In this document: positions 17,265 to 31,775 of the stretch, one piece after another
Layout: each line of letters starts with the position of its first letter
Position numbering within the stretch: the stretch's first letter is position 1
Assembly: GCA_964016885.1 (NCBI GenBank)
Contig: OZ024740.1
Span: 427,552,001-427,616,000, forward strand
Reading direction: 5' to 3'
Source of the DNA: Eledone cirrhosa
Lineage: Eukaryota
Length of the DNA stretch: 64,000 bases
Program-made: the position numbers and the translations under genes
The notes under the pieces: model-generated
The model's database searches: none
What the model was told of the DNA's origin: nothing
The model's input: only the letters and a program-made list of their open reading frames with translations

Positions 17265-17787
17265 TTGGAGCTCTGAAATAGCCATATATATATATGAATG
17301 TATATAAAGTGTATTTTGCAATACACTTTAGGCTTAATTAAAAGCATTTTGAAGACCGTATGCTATTGTTTTAGAGTAGTGACAGACTCACTTACTCTAA
17401 TCTCAGCAAACAGGGGGAGATAAAGCCGACAAGGCCTTGTTTCTGCATTTGTTGATGCTTATCAAGGCTAACTACTCCCTCCCGTCTGCTGAGATCACTG
17501 ATGTTATATTCTTATAGAATTCTAGTAAATTTCAGAGCTCCAATTCTAATTTTTAATTTCTGCTTGACCGGCAACCGCTCCGTATAATCAGTTCCTGATT
17601 ATTTACTAGAATTCTATAAGAATATAACATCAGTGATCTCAGCAGACGGGAGGGAGTAGTTAGCCTTGATAAGTATCAACAAATGCAGAAACAAGGCCTT
17701 GTCGGCTTTATCTCCCCCTGTTTGCTGAGATTAAAGTAAGTGAGTCTGTCACTACTCTAAAACAATAGCATACGGTCTTCAAAATGC
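17258..17787. mobile_element. Fold-back HHR element with ~187-bp near-perfect arms (17344-17530 and 17601-17787)
   Basis: Direct reverse-complement match; an extra ~22-bp inverted pair at 17258-17280 and 17529-17550. Confidence 0.88.
17662..17707 (+). ncRNA. Hammerhead ribozyme, U3:A8 core variant; mirror copy at 17424-17469 (-)
   Basis: agcc-TTGATAA-g(c/t)at caacaa atgc a-GAAA-caaggccttg (palindrome)-TC-ggct. Confidence 0.8.
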
Positions 17788-17977
17788 AAGACCCCGACGG
17801 CTGAGCTCAAGCCGTTTCGACGGCTAATTCTGGACCTTTTTAGTCTAGAATTAGCCGTCGAAACGGCTTGAGCTCAGCCGTCGGGGTCTTACTGGTTCCT
17901 ATTACCCACTCTACTACACTAAGTATTGAGTACTTTGGTGCGTTATGGTCCACCTGGTTCCTTACCACATTTCCTTC

Positions 17978-17980
<3 letters not shown>
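17788..17980 (+). mobile_element. Hairpin-headed short element (IR 17788-17890) ending in (TA)n; relatives at 35221-35418 and 61380-61540
   Basis: Shared gtcgaaacggcttgagctc and cctattacccactc.actac.ctaagtat...cctggttcct tail. Confidence 0.75.
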
Positions 17981-18067
<87 letters not shown>

Positions 18068-18071
18068 TACG

Positions 18072-18116
<45 letters not shown>

Positions 18117-18119
18117 AAA

Positions 18120-18155
<36 letters not shown>

Positions 18156-18159
18156 GATA

Positions 18160-18711
<552 letters not shown>

Positions 18712-20150
18712 GATATTAAATAAATGGAAACTATATTTATAAAACCATATTTATTTCATTATATATATTTCAGGGATATCATATTAACAATATGCTATGC
18801 CTTCCTCAGACAAAATACAATATAAACAGTTTTATAGATAAACAGATTTGACATACCGTACAACATCGACTTGTATTTGAAAAGTTGAATTGGCAGTGAA
18901 AAAATTGTACACAGAGAGAAAGAAAGAGAGAAAAAAAAGGAAAGAAAGACAGAAAACGAAGAAAAAGAAGAAAAAGAAGAAATGCATGGAACAAAATAGA
19001 GAGATGGAAAGATAGATAAAGAGAAGAACTTCATGTAAAGAAACAGAGAGAGATATATATATATATAGAGAGGAAATAGAGATAGATATATAAATAGAAA
19101 ACTAGGTAGTGGGACATCCGTTGAGTAAACGTATCAATGATACATTTATTTATTTATTTATTTATTTAGCTCTAGTATTAATGTAAGGGAGATATATGTG
19201 GTTAGGAGAGAAACCAGCTGTTATATAGAGAGAAAAATTAAAAGTAACCAGACATAGGCGAGGCATAAACACCCTATGTTTTAATGTAGAGGTATTAGTA
19301 TGTATAAAAACCAGCCACTATATTGTAAATATCAGTATTCCTGAATGAGACATGTATCCATAATGTGTGAAAAGTAATGATCTTATGTTTAGTTTTTTAA
19401 AAAAATTCATATGTTTATGTGATAACTACAAACATCTATGTGAATTTACATGATCAACTCTGCAAACCCTAAGTTCACGGAAAACATTCTCATTGTGCTA
19501 TAAAAATTTAAGTATACATATATGTGTATATATATACACACATATATATATAGAGTCTATATTACTACTATTCTTGTCTTTACTCTACAAGATTATCTAT
19601 CAAGCAGAAATAGAGAGCAGATTTCAATATAATAATAAAAAAATATATATCAGAAACAAAAACCAAAAAATAACAATAATAATAATAATAATAAATAATA
19701 ATAAAATAGAAAACTAAAAAATATTACGAAAGAATATTACATATTAAAAATATTACATATTAAAAATAAAAATATTAGAAAATACTACAATAATAAAAAT
19801 AAACCACAAAGATCAACCCTTCAAAATTAATTGACAATATATTGCCAAGTTCATTATAAGCATTAGAGTCGAAAAACAGATAAAGCTAAAAATTATTTAT
19901 CAAATCGCATCTAGCAAAAATCATTTCAAAAAGTTTAGGATGCCCATTTGGTCTACATGTGTTCTTATATTTAATATAGAAGTTTATCTAGTGTAACGTT
20001 TATTTGAAATATTTGGAGCATCAACTTTTAGGGTAGTTTAATTTTTCATGAAGAATGTTTAAATAAAAATAAAAAGAAAAAGAATAAAAAGAAGAAATCG
20101 AAAGATTTATCGGCTAGTTTCCCATATAATTATAAATCAAATTAAATATA

Positions 20151-22183
20151 CTACATTTTAAATTTAAATTTATATTTAAAAGTTGAGTTTAATCTATGTT
20201 TGCAGCAACTGAATAAATTTGTCCGTAGATTAAGGGAATTTTTAGATTTTAGTATAAAGAATATCTCCTCTGCGCAGAGGTCACATGTCTCAGAGGATGA
20301 ATTAAAAGGAATCCCTCTTGAGACTAAATATAGTCCCAAGCCGTCGAATATCTAACGTTATCTAGCTTAAGTTGCCAGAGTACGCCTGATAGTGCCGTTG
20401 AAGATTTTTTGCTTGGATCTGTGAAAGAATTCTTGTGGTTATTATAGCGAAGTTTAAATTCCGTCGATGTGGAACCGACGCAGTTAAAAGAATTAGAGTC
20501 AGTTTTAACATTACAATTGTATACTATATTTTTAACTAAGCAGTTGTTATTTAACGGACATTTAGATCTATCTCTACAGTTACATTTGTTAACTTGTATA
20601 TTATTTATGCTATTATCACTAGGTTTTACGTTCCTATTATTTATTCTATTAATATTTTGTGCTAAATTTTTGGTGGATGAGTAGGTTAATTTTATAGTAT
20701 GTCTATTGAAAATTGAGTGATACCTATGTGTTCTAGGGAAGCGATTATCAAGAGCTTTAAAAAATAGTTTAGCGATGTGGGTTTTAATGTTTAGTGAGAA
20801 AGGGGGGGGCAAACCAAATTATGTTCCTAGTTCTATTTCTTTTTTGGCCTTTGGAATTATTGTAATGCTTTCTATTATAGTTGTTAAGGTTGTTGCCGTA
20901 ATTAAAATAGATGTTATTTTGTTTAGTTTGTCTATCATTATCTATGTACATAATCTTATCAGTATATCCTGCTCTAGCTAACGCTTCATTGTAGTATTGG
21001 GCTTTTTCGTCGAAAATCTTTCTATTCGACGAGATTCTAGAGATACGTTTTTGAACAGAGTTTACTATAGTGTTTTTGACAGATCTGGGGTGGTTAGAGT
21101 TAAAGTTGACATAGTTTAAGTTTTCATTCAACTTGTGAAAAGGATAGTGAAGACATGTGTTGAGATTTAATGTTATATCTAGGAAATTGACTATTCTATG
21201 GTTGTTCTCAATTTCTATTTTAAGATTAAAGTAATTAAAAAATTGTGTAATTTGTTTACATTTTCTATTTAGTTCAGAGTTATTATTATCAATAAGTAAA
21301 AGCATGTCATCTCTATATAAACCTCCGGTAGTACCAGGTATTTTCCTATGTAGCGAATTGATTAAAAATAAGCCCACAAGGTCAGTTACCTGAGCTGAGT
21401 CGGATGATCCCATAGTAATATCAAAATTGCTATCTCTATCTGCTCTGGTCCATAGCTGGTCATTAAATTCTATCAATGTTTTCCTAGCCGATAATATAAT
21501 ATGCATTTCATTGCTAGTTAGGTCAGTATGTTTGAATGCGTAATTTAGTGCCTTATTTAGTAGATTAGGGGTAATAGAAGAATAATAGTTAGCAATATCA
21601 AGTTGAATAAACTTATTATTATTGTTATATTTAATTTGCTTAAACCACTCAACAACCTCTCCAGTTCCCTTCCACAAGCTCAGGTTAGATAAACAATCCA
21701 AGTTCTTAATTTGCTGTATCACCCTGTCAAGAATGTCTTTGCTTAATTTGCCCAGGTCCGATTTTGATGGTGCGATCAATCTAACTGGCAAGTCATTTTC
21801 AAAATTCCTCTTGTGATCTTTCATATTGATCTTCGGTTTCCTGGGCACGAAAGGTTGTGTTCTGTTCTCAATTTCCAACTCGTGCATTATACAAGATGTT
21901 CGACATTCATTTTCTCAAGCTCGGCCTTATCTGCTACCTTGTACTTTTTCCTCAGTTCCTTCAGTATGAGGCCATTATACATGTCTTTCTGCACTCCATA
22001 GAGGTTGTTGGTCTTGTCAGATTTCACCAAGATCTTCTCAGTTTTCTCTAAGCTCTCAATATTATCCTTAATGCCTTACAGATATTCCTGGCCTTTGAAG
22101 TTTCTCTTGAATTTGACCCCTTGTATGATAGAAATTATATCGTTTTCAAAGTCAGATAGAAGTTTGTTAGGGGGTGGATTTCC
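20151..22183 (-). pseudogene. Disrupted PLE RT-GIY-YIG ORF (family B)
   Basis: Overlapping frameshifted ORFs 20784-21887, 20324-20812 and 20151-20339; upstream VKSDKTNNLY segment. Confidence 0.9.
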
Positions 22184-22502
22184 GTTTACTCAACGGATGT
22201 CCCACTACCTAGTTTTCTATTTATATATCTATCTCTATTTCCTCTCTCTCTCTATATATATATATCTCTGTTTCTTTACATGAAGTTCTTCTCTTTATCT
22301 ATCTTTCCATCTCTCTATTTTGTTCCATGCATTTCTTCTTTTTCTTCTTTTTTTTCGTTTTCTGTCTTTCTTTCCTTTTTTTTTTTTTTCTCTCTTTCTT
22401 TCTCTCTGTGTACAATTTTTTCACTGCCAATTCAACTTTTCAAATACAAGTCGATGTTGTACGGTATGTCAAATCTATTTATCTATAAAACTGTTTATAT
22501 TG

Positions 22503-22568
22503 TATTTTGTCTGAGGAAGGCATAGCATATTGTTAATATGATATCCCTGAAATATATATAATGAAATA
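22503..22568 (+). ncRNA. Hammerhead ribozyme in family-B pLTR; mirror copy at 18752-18817 (-)
   Basis: tattttgt-CTGAGGA-agg..catat/atatg..cct-GAAA-tatata-TA-atgaaata. Confidence 0.8.
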
Positions 22569-22695
22569 AAGATGGTTTTATAAATATAGTTTCCATTTAT
22601 TTAATATCGTAAATATACTCCAAATACTTGTCGAGTGCTTTTATATCAGTTATAAATATTTACTAGTTGTAACCCAACAATTTAAATATAACTTT

Positions 22696-22889
<194 letters not shown>

Positions 22890-23346
22890 TTCGTTTCTGA
22901 ATTTGTTTAGCAAGATTCATTATCTGAAATCGTGTGTTGAAACCGATATTGTTATACTTTGGGAGGGTCATGTTGCCAATAAGAAACACACGCACCAGTT
23001 GCTTTCACTTCAATTTATTATAATAAATTTATAATAAATTTATAAATTTATAAATTTCCGGTTGGTTGGGTGGATCCACAACCAGATAGTTGTTTATATA
23101 TTGTCATAGTTCTTTCGTCACACACTCTGTGACATCTTTAGTGACTGGGGATTCCTTTCTTTGTTTCTGTGGCTCTCCTTTGTTCTGTCCTACGCCATTT
23201 TGTTTTTGTGTGTGTGTTGTGTGCTCAGTCTGCGCATGCGCCACATCCGGGTGTCTGTGTGTGTTTATGGTCATTTATTTATTTGTTTATTTATATGTTA
23301 CTGGTTGGTTGTTTGTTCTATGTGTGTGTGTGTTTTCATTTTGTCC

Positions 23347-25640
23347 TTAATTGTAAGTTGTGATGTTGCTGTTCCACTCATATTTTCTATTTAATTTTGG
23401 TTGTAATTCTTTTATGTTTATTGCCTCTGTGATTTGTCTAAACATTGCGTCTTTTCTGTGTGTAGATTCTATTTTTATTTTTATGTTCTCTAATTTACCC
23501 TTGTTTTCTATTTTAGCATGTTGGTAGAGTACAGATGATTCTTTACTATCTTGAAGGTCTCGCCAGTGTTCATTTATCCGTTCCCCTACACTACGAGCTG
23601 TCTCACCTATGTACACTATATTTTTGTCTCTACATTGTCCTTCAGTACATCTTATGCTATACACTACATTTCTAGTTTTACAGTTAATATGGGGGCTTAT
23701 TTTACAGGTTATACATTTCTTATCTATACATGAGGGTCTTTGAAAAGGGTATGTCTTGCTAATAAGTGTTTTTACGGAGGTACCTGGTCTTTCAACTATC
23801 TTAATATTGAGTTTATGTTTATTTATGGCCCTTCTAAATTAGTAAGCTAATTCACCTCTAGGGGTTGTATCGATGAACATTACACTCTGGTATTTATTGC
23901 TATCATACCATGAGTTTATTCTATTAGCCTTGTTCCGAGTTCTTTCTATTCTATTCCAAAATTTGCCCCTATACAAGGGGCAGGTCCCATTTATGTCATT
24001 ATTTACCATTTTTCCCCATTTGGTTCTGGATCCTCTATACACTCTGATTTTATCTCTCTGATTGTAGCCAGAGAACTGCATACGGTGGATGAAGTGTTGT
24101 ATGTGTCTCTCTAGTTCTTCGGGGTTGCACATGCGGGACACGTTTCTCATCACCCGTACCAAATCCGCAATCAGTATGTTGATTTTGGTATGGTCCGAAA
24201 CGGCCGAGTTTCGGAGGTTCAGATGTTTGGAAGTCAGGGGTTTGGCATAATGGGAATGGAGGATTTGTTTTTTGTTATTAATGGTATCTAACCAGACCTC
24301 TGTGTCTAGTACAGGTAATCGATGGTTGGGGTGTTTACTTGGGTAGTCTATAGTAACTCTAATACTCTGGTGGATGGAGTTAGCTATTTGCTGGATGCTT
24401 TCCATTGTGTTTTTCTCTAGTTCCTGACTGTTCTCTAGTGGGGGTGTCTTAACTACGATGTTTATATCATCAACATAGCGGGAGTACATTATCAGGGTTA
24501 AGGGGTCTTCTAATTGTTCTTTAAGTTTAAGTTTAAGTCTACTGTCCCACCATACCATGAATAAGTTAGCTATGTCGCCTGCAATGCTAACACCAATGGC
24601 TGCTTCTTCCTCTTGGGCATATGTTTTTCCATTAAATTTGAACATATGTTCCTTAAGGGTTAGTTTTATGCTGGCCCCTACCGCATGTGCAATCATTTTC
24701 TTCAGTTCATCGTGGTTTTCGGGTGTCCGTATGGCTCTGGTCCACCCGTTCCATCTATGTGGGTGTTCTTGGTCATTGAGGTAATGGTAGGTGGTCTGCC
24801 TCTTGCTGGTCTTGTAGGGCACAGTTTGCTAAGGTCATATGTGTCTAGGTAATTATTACTATAGGTAAGTTTAAGTAGGAGTCCCAGTTCACTGGTATCA
24901 ATCCCACGGAACTCAACATTGCTCTCACTGATCATTTCTACGCATTTCTCCACAGCAAAATCCACGTCAATAGATGGATACAGGGACACAACATCCATAC
25001 TACCTATTATGCAGTTTGTTAGGTCCCTAGATCGGTTACTCACGTCGATTCTGCTGAGGAGGTCCTCCGTGCTGTCACATACATCTGGGGACATTTCAAT
25101 GATGGGGCGTATGATCAGGGAGAGGAAGTAGGACAGTCTGTAGTTACTAGCAATGTTAGCTCCACAGACTGGCCGTGTTGGTGGTCCCGCGACAGGGTCA
25201 CTGCCCGTTTTATGGTCGTTTCGAAGCCCATACAACGCCGGCACGTCATTGTTCCAGACCTGGAAGTTGTTGGCACTCCTTTTGTTGGGCTGCATTATAT
25301 TCGTCCACATCACCATATGGGCATTGAGGGCTTTTTCTCTATCCTCATGCTCCTGTGGTGTTACCTCTCTTGTGTTAGTGATGTGGGGTTGCATTGCCTG
25401 GACGTAGTTTGGCAGGCTATCAGCCGACATTCTGCCAGACTTGTCTGTTGGAAAGCATGCTATCTCTCCATTACGTGAGCGCTGCATGAGCTTACGCAAG
25501 CCATTTGCAGATTTTTCTCCCAGTTGCTGGGCCTCCATTCTATTATGCTTCTTGCTATACTGTTCTATAATATTTCTAAGTTCGGATCTAGCTATACTAA
25601 ATTGTGCTTTTGTTTGTTCATCGACCTGCGACGACAATTC
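23347..25640 (-). pseudogene. Disrupted PLE RT-GIY-YIG ORF (family A)
   Basis: ORFs 24702-25724, 23839-24822 and 23347-23664; PTDKSGR, MDVVSLYPS, RYVDD, Cys-rich linker CIDKKCITC..NC, VY..YIGET. Confidence 0.92.
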
Positions 25641-25641
25641 A

Positions 25642-25684
25642 GTCACTGAAGAGGTCACAGAGTGTGTGACGAAAGAACTATGAC
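25642..25684 (+). ncRNA. Minimal hammerhead (family A); other copies at 14464-14506(-), 23103-23145(-, core mutated to CTAAAGA), 27881-27923(-) and 28302-28344(+)
   Basis: gtca-CTGAAGA-g gtcaca gagtg tgtgac-GAAA-gaac-TA-tgac. Confidence 0.85.
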
Positions 25685-25875
25685 AAATATAAACATCTAT
25701 CTGGTTGTGGAACCAACCAACCAACCAGAAATTTATAAATTTATAAATTTATTATAAATTTATTATAATAAATTGAAGTGAACGCAACTGGTGCGTGTGT
25801 TTCTTATTGGCAACATGACCCTCCCAAAGTATAACAATATATATATATATAGTGTTAGTTTAATGGTTTCTGTCT

Positions 25876-25995
<120 letters not shown>

Positions 25996-26529
25996 CAACA
26001 TGACCCTCCCAAAGTATAACAATATATATATATAAATTTAAATTGTTTATGCGGTGTTGATAATATCAATACTAATAATGAAGTGAAGTTAGTCAGTTAG
26101 TGGAAGTGTTGGCATTCAACTGTAGCTTTCGACATTATGTGTTTCACTGATACTGGTTCGAATGCTTCCTGTCCAGAATACATGTTACGGACAACAATTG
26201 TAGATTAGAGACGGGAAACGAAATTCTAGTTAGACTAATTACTTTTTATCGTTCGATCGAATCAATCGACACAATCCTAGACCCTCTCGCTTACCGAGTG
26301 GTGTGGAACTCGTCATGTCAAACCAAGGAAACGATATTTCCATTGGTCATTCCATTGCTAATACTATCTACAGGTCGCAACACCTAATAAAAAGATCAAC
26401 GTTAAATAATGTCTTGCTTAAGGACAAAACTCATCGCCCGGCCTGGGAATCGAAATCCCTACCTCATGATTGCGAATCAAATTCTCTAACCACTAAGCCA
26501 CGCGCCTTCACGAGACGTAATTACAAGTC

Positions 26530-27330
26530 CAGAAACCGAACCTCTAGTACAGACCAACTATTTGTATGGCTAAGATCAGGAAAAACATCGTACGAGAGGA
26601 CTAGTGTAGAGAAAATGAGATGAAGTTCTTGGGGAGACCAAGACATCGACTAGAATGAATTGTTTAGTCTGTTCCAGATGACTTTGGGACCAGAAACTAT
26701 GGATAATTTCAAGAAATCCCTGGCCAAACAGTGCTACCTGAAAACATTAGTTCACAACAAATAATATAACCAGGGGATTACTGCCAGACGAACCTGTCCG
26801 ACATGCAGTCAAAACGATGCAACATTTTCATATACTCGTCTTAGTCTTCATGCGTTACTGTCTTGTGAAGTTATGTCGAACAGCTGTTATCATGAGTAGG
26901 ACGAATCCTGCTATCGACTGACTCCATCGTGAAGATCGACGTGCTGCGGTCATTTGGTCAGGAAGGATTGGTACGTTTCTGGTTGGTGGTTATGATGAAA
27001 GAGATTGTATGATGGACGAGACTAAAAGGACTAAGAACATTTCTCTTCAATTTTTTTTTTAAATTGCACTTGAAAAGGAATGTGAATATGGTGAGAGAAT
27101 TGCTGCTCTCTGGTATATATTTTAAAAGGCTGGTGAATGTAGCGAGAATGACCCGAGTATCGGGCATTACATCTTAACTCTCGCCGGCACCGAGGACTTC
27201 CCCGAGAAAATCGTCATGCATCCGCGCCACTATACCTTTATAAATGGTTAATATAGAACTCCATCTATCGCAATACCCGATAAGTAGAGAGGTGTAAGAG
27301 TCTGAGTAGATCCCAGATGTTAGGCGCCGT
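26530..27330 (+). mobile_element. Degenerate L1/Tx1-like LINE 3' fragment; a second fragment at ~28590-29160
   Basis: Decayed frame MDNFKKSLAKQCY...CPTCSQND (zinc-knuckle-like), VEQLLS...SIVKI; homologous tccatcgtgaa.atc in both fragments. Confidence 0.6.
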
Positions 27331-27532
27331 GGCTTTATCTATTTTTCAGCCCTCATTGTAGTTCCATCAGGGAAATGAGCTACGGAAAAGCATGTTTGAC
27401 AAAAGCCGACCGCAAACACTCAACTCTCATGTCAGTGATATAGTGGAACATTGCCGGTTCAAAACAAACTCTAGATGGATGGAGACGCTGTGTGAGACAA
27501 GCAGAGCAACGAAACTTTTCTGCATGTCTTGT

Positions 27533-28567
27533 TTAACCCTTTCTAACAAGGGCAAATCCGGCTCAGGTTCTATGAAATAAATCCACCCAATTTAAATGTT
27601 TCCAATTTAAATTAAAATCTTCCAACATAATTTTATATCAGAACCTTACATTATTGACATAATTGATAATTTTATTTCTGAATTTGTTTAGCAAGATTCT
27701 TTATCTGAAAACGTGTGTTGAAACCGATATTGTTATACTTTGGGAGGGTTATGTTGCCAATAAGAAACACACGCACCAGTTGCTTTCACTTCAATTTATT
27801 ATAATAAATTTATAAATTTAGGAATTTATAAATTTCCGGTTGGTTGGTTGGTTCCATAACCAGATGGTTGTTTATATATTCTCAAAGTTCTTTCGTCACA
27901 CATTCTGTGACCTCTTCAGTGACTGGGGATTCTTTTCTTTGTTTTTGTGCCTCTCCTTTGTTTTGTCCTACGCCATCTTGTTTCTGTGTGTGTGTTGTGT
28001 GCTCAGTCTGCGCATGCGCCACATCCGGGTATCTGTGTGTGTTTATATTCGTTTATTTATTTGTTTATTTACATGTTACTGGTTGGTTGTTTGTTCTATG
28101 TGCGTATGTGTTTTCATTTTGTCCTTAATTGTAAGTTGTGATGTTGCTGTTCCACTCATGTTTTCTATTTAATTTTGGTTGTAATTCTTTTATGTTTATT
28201 GCTTCTGTAATTTGTCTAAACATTGCGTCTTTTACACACAGAAACAAGATGGCGTAGGACAGAACAAAGGAGAGGCACAAAAACAAAGAAAAGAATCCCC
28301 AGTCACTGAAGAGGTCACATAATGTGTGACGAAAGAACTTTGACAATATATAAACAACCATCTGGTTATGAAACCAACCAACCAACCGGAAATTTATAAA
28401 TTTATTATAATAAATTGAAGTGAAAGCAACTGGTGCGTGTGTTTCTTATTGGCAACATGACCCTCCCAAAGTATAACAATGATAATTTTAGTAAATCCTT
28501 CAAACTTCTCCATTAATTAATTAAAATAGAATGTATTTCATTAGAAATACAGTCATGAAATGATTAA
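27533..28567. mobile_element. Possible TTAA-flanked piggyBac-type MITE interrupted by the mini-PLE
   Basis: Starts ttaacccttt, ends aaatgattaa; AT-rich body is continuous across the PLE target duplication. Confidence 0.4.
27675..28480. mobile_element. Mini fold-back family-A PLE with 10-bp target-site duplication
   Basis: 3' end of A on minus (27675-28232), inverted pLTR (28233-28480); gataatttta at 27665-27674 and 28481-28490. Confidence 0.9.
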
Positions 28568-29229
28568 TGCCCGTGTATTGCTGTCTTATGGTGTTATGTA
28601 AACAAACTGTTGTCGTGTCTATGTCAAAACTAGCGGTCGACTGAATCCATCGTGAAAATCCCTATCATCGTGAAATTCATGAAAATCCCTATCAGGGAAG
28701 TCCGACCAGTTTTCCTATTTCTGGTGAATATTGTGATAGGCAGAGGCAGAAATGATTGAAGACTGATATATTCCTCTTTGAAGAAACTTTTACTGACTTT
28801 TCAAGTTTCATCTGAGAATGAAAGTGAAGGCAAGGGAGAAGAAGGACGATCTCTTCTGTATTAAATTTACTTATAGGTGGGTGAAATTAGACAAAAATGA
28901 GCCTGTCTAAGCTCAGCTATTGCCTGTAACTAGGACAACAGCAGTTTGAAGACGACACGGGCCCTTGGTGATCAGGGTGATTGTGGATCAGTAGGGTTCC
29001 TCAGCTAGACTTAGGTATTAGGCGATCTGTATACTATATATACTATATATACTATATATACTATATATATACTATATAGTATATATATATATACTTAATT
29101 TGTATAAAATGTATGGTTATCTTTTTTCTTTTTATTTCTATGGAAGTCCTGCCATGTTGTAACATGTCTCCTTCACCCAATGACATTTTAGGAAAGAAAA
29201 GAAACCATTATTCTTCTAATTCTTCATGA

Positions 29230-29432
29230 TGGATTGACAGTATCAGTAGAGCAATGCTTCGTGGCACAGAGTTACGGCTCTGTACGTTCTGATCCCACTG
29301 AGGTTAGCTTTACTTTTCATCCTTACGAGGTCGATAAAATAAAATACCAGTAATACAATGGCATCGACATAATCGACTTTCCTTCTCTCTCCTACAAATT
29401 GATAGCCTTGTGCCAAAAGTGGTACAAATTAT
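29230..29432 (+). mobile_element. SINE family 1 (long-tail variant), followed by (TAG/CAG)n at 29440-29640
   Basis: Consensus match; trinucleotide tract seen directly. Confidence 0.8.
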
Positions 29433-29440
29433 TACTTAGT

Positions 29441-29484
<44 letters not shown>

Positions 29485-29558
29485 ACAGTAGTAGTAGCAG
29501 CAGCTGCAGTACTAGTAGTATTAACAGTAGTAGTAGTAGTAGTAGCAGTAGTAGGAGT

Positions 29559-29640
<82 letters not shown>

Positions 29641-29978
29641 TGGCGGGGGGGGGGTATTTCATCCTTATGCATTTTATTTTTATTGTTATCATGGTTGTTT
29701 TGTTACTTTTTTCTGTTGGAACATCCGATAAGCAAGAGGCATTAAATCATGTAAAGAAATCCTTCATTGGTAAAACCATTAACATGAACTGTCCTCGCCG
29801 TATTAGTGTTTGCTAAAAATGTTCTTCAGAGCTATCTATCTATATCTGTAGTCGGCCATATTGCTTTCTCTGTCCAATATACTCTGGACAAAAGCTATAA
29901 CAATATCTATCGACAACGGGAATAGATCTATCTATATATATATGTATGTGTATGTATATTTATATATAAATATATATA

Positions 29979-30079
<101 letters not shown>

Positions 30080-30121
30080 CTGTATGTATATACATATATA
30101 TACATATACATATCTACATAC

Positions 30122-30255
<134 letters not shown>

Positions 30256-31019
30256 CACACATTATGTATATATATATGTTTGTGTTTGTGATATAATAAT
30301 GAACGAAAACGGCATTAAATAAAGCAATATTGAGGAACACAACAGAAAATGCCATCATCTAAAAGAATGAGAGTAGGTTTCTCTGATTCTCCAATACCGG
30401 CGTCCATTTTAAGTTATATATGCAAACACTTTCTAAACAGAACAAATAAGTTGATATAAATTCTACTAAAATACATAAATAAATAAATAGGCAGGGAGAA
30501 ATGGTCCATTATATATGGGTTTTTTTTACAGGATTTTATGTTGGTTTATTATATTCTTATCTCTTTTTTTTTTTCGTTTTTCTTTACGTGTTTGTTAGAT
30601 TTTTTAAACATAAATCTGTCCTCATCTGAAACAGGGTACAAAAACTAAATTAGATACTACGGCTTCTTCTCGTGCATTTCGCTTATTTTTATATCTTTAG
30701 CCTCCATTTTGTTTTTCATTTTGTTTTTGTGTGTTTTTTGTTTATTTTGTAATTGTTTGTTGGCTGTTGAATTTGGGAGGGATATATATATATATATATA
30801 TGTATTTATATATGTGTAATTGTGTGTGTGTGTGTGTGCCTGTCTGTGAAAGTGTCTATATATATATATATGTGTGTGTGTGTTTGTGAATGTATATATA
30901 TATATGTATATATATGTGTGTGTGTGAATGTATATATATATGTGTGTGTGTGTGTGTGTCTGAGTGAATGTATATATGTATATATGTATATATATATATA
31001 TACATGTATGTGTGTGTGA

Positions 31020-31089
<70 letters not shown>

Positions 31090-31139
31090 TTGTCTGGTTG
31101 ACATTATTGCAGTAAAGTATCTATAACCATAATGCGGTA

Positions 31140-31775
31140 TCTTCTTCTTCTTCTTCTTCTTCTTCTTCTTCTTCTTCTTCTTCTTCTTCTTCTTCTTCAA
31201 ATGTGGTCAAGGAAGACGCTTGTGTCAGATTAGGAGGATGATGTCTTCACTGTCACCCAATTTGTAGGGTACTAACATAAGTGGGAGGACATGGAATTGT
31301 AGTTGAAGCTGTATGTGGCACCAGTCTTCCTCGGACCAACACCGTCTCACTGCCAACTGTCTGCCTTGTACACAAAGCACAGCCTATGACCCAATTCAGT
31401 ACCTTTCTTGATGATGAATGTACCCGCTTTTGAGTGCCCCTGCGTTTTAGGCTCCGATTACAAGCGCGCGCGCGTGTGTGTGTGTGTGTGTGTATGTGTG
31501 TGTGTGTTGAGTGTGAGTGTGCCAAACTACCATTGTGGATGAATGGTCGATGGGTTCCGATTGGATTTGCTCACTTGTCGCTGTAGAACAAGTCTCTTTC
31601 CTCAACACACCACCAGTTAAGACGTCATCTAAAGGAGTGTTGACGCGACCGGCATCCCATTACGTCTGGTGCCGGCCCCCTCAGACATGGTGATAGCAAG
31701 CGTCCAGACAATAACCGCCTTCGCGTTTCAGTATTGCGAGTCTCAAATCTGAGACACCATGTTCTCCGCCTCCAG
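31140..31775. mobile_element. (CTT)n tract followed by a moderately GC-rich probable interspersed repeat
   Basis: Composition contrasts with the flanks; family not identified. Confidence 0.35.

Larger units (their letters stand above)
22890..25840 (-). mobile_element. Penelope-like element family A, copy 2, with an inverted pLTR at 25640-25840
   Basis: 3' pLTR ~22947-23150 plus ~60-bp extension; flanked by (TA)n; terminal 33 bp duplicated again at 25991-26023. Confidence 0.93.
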
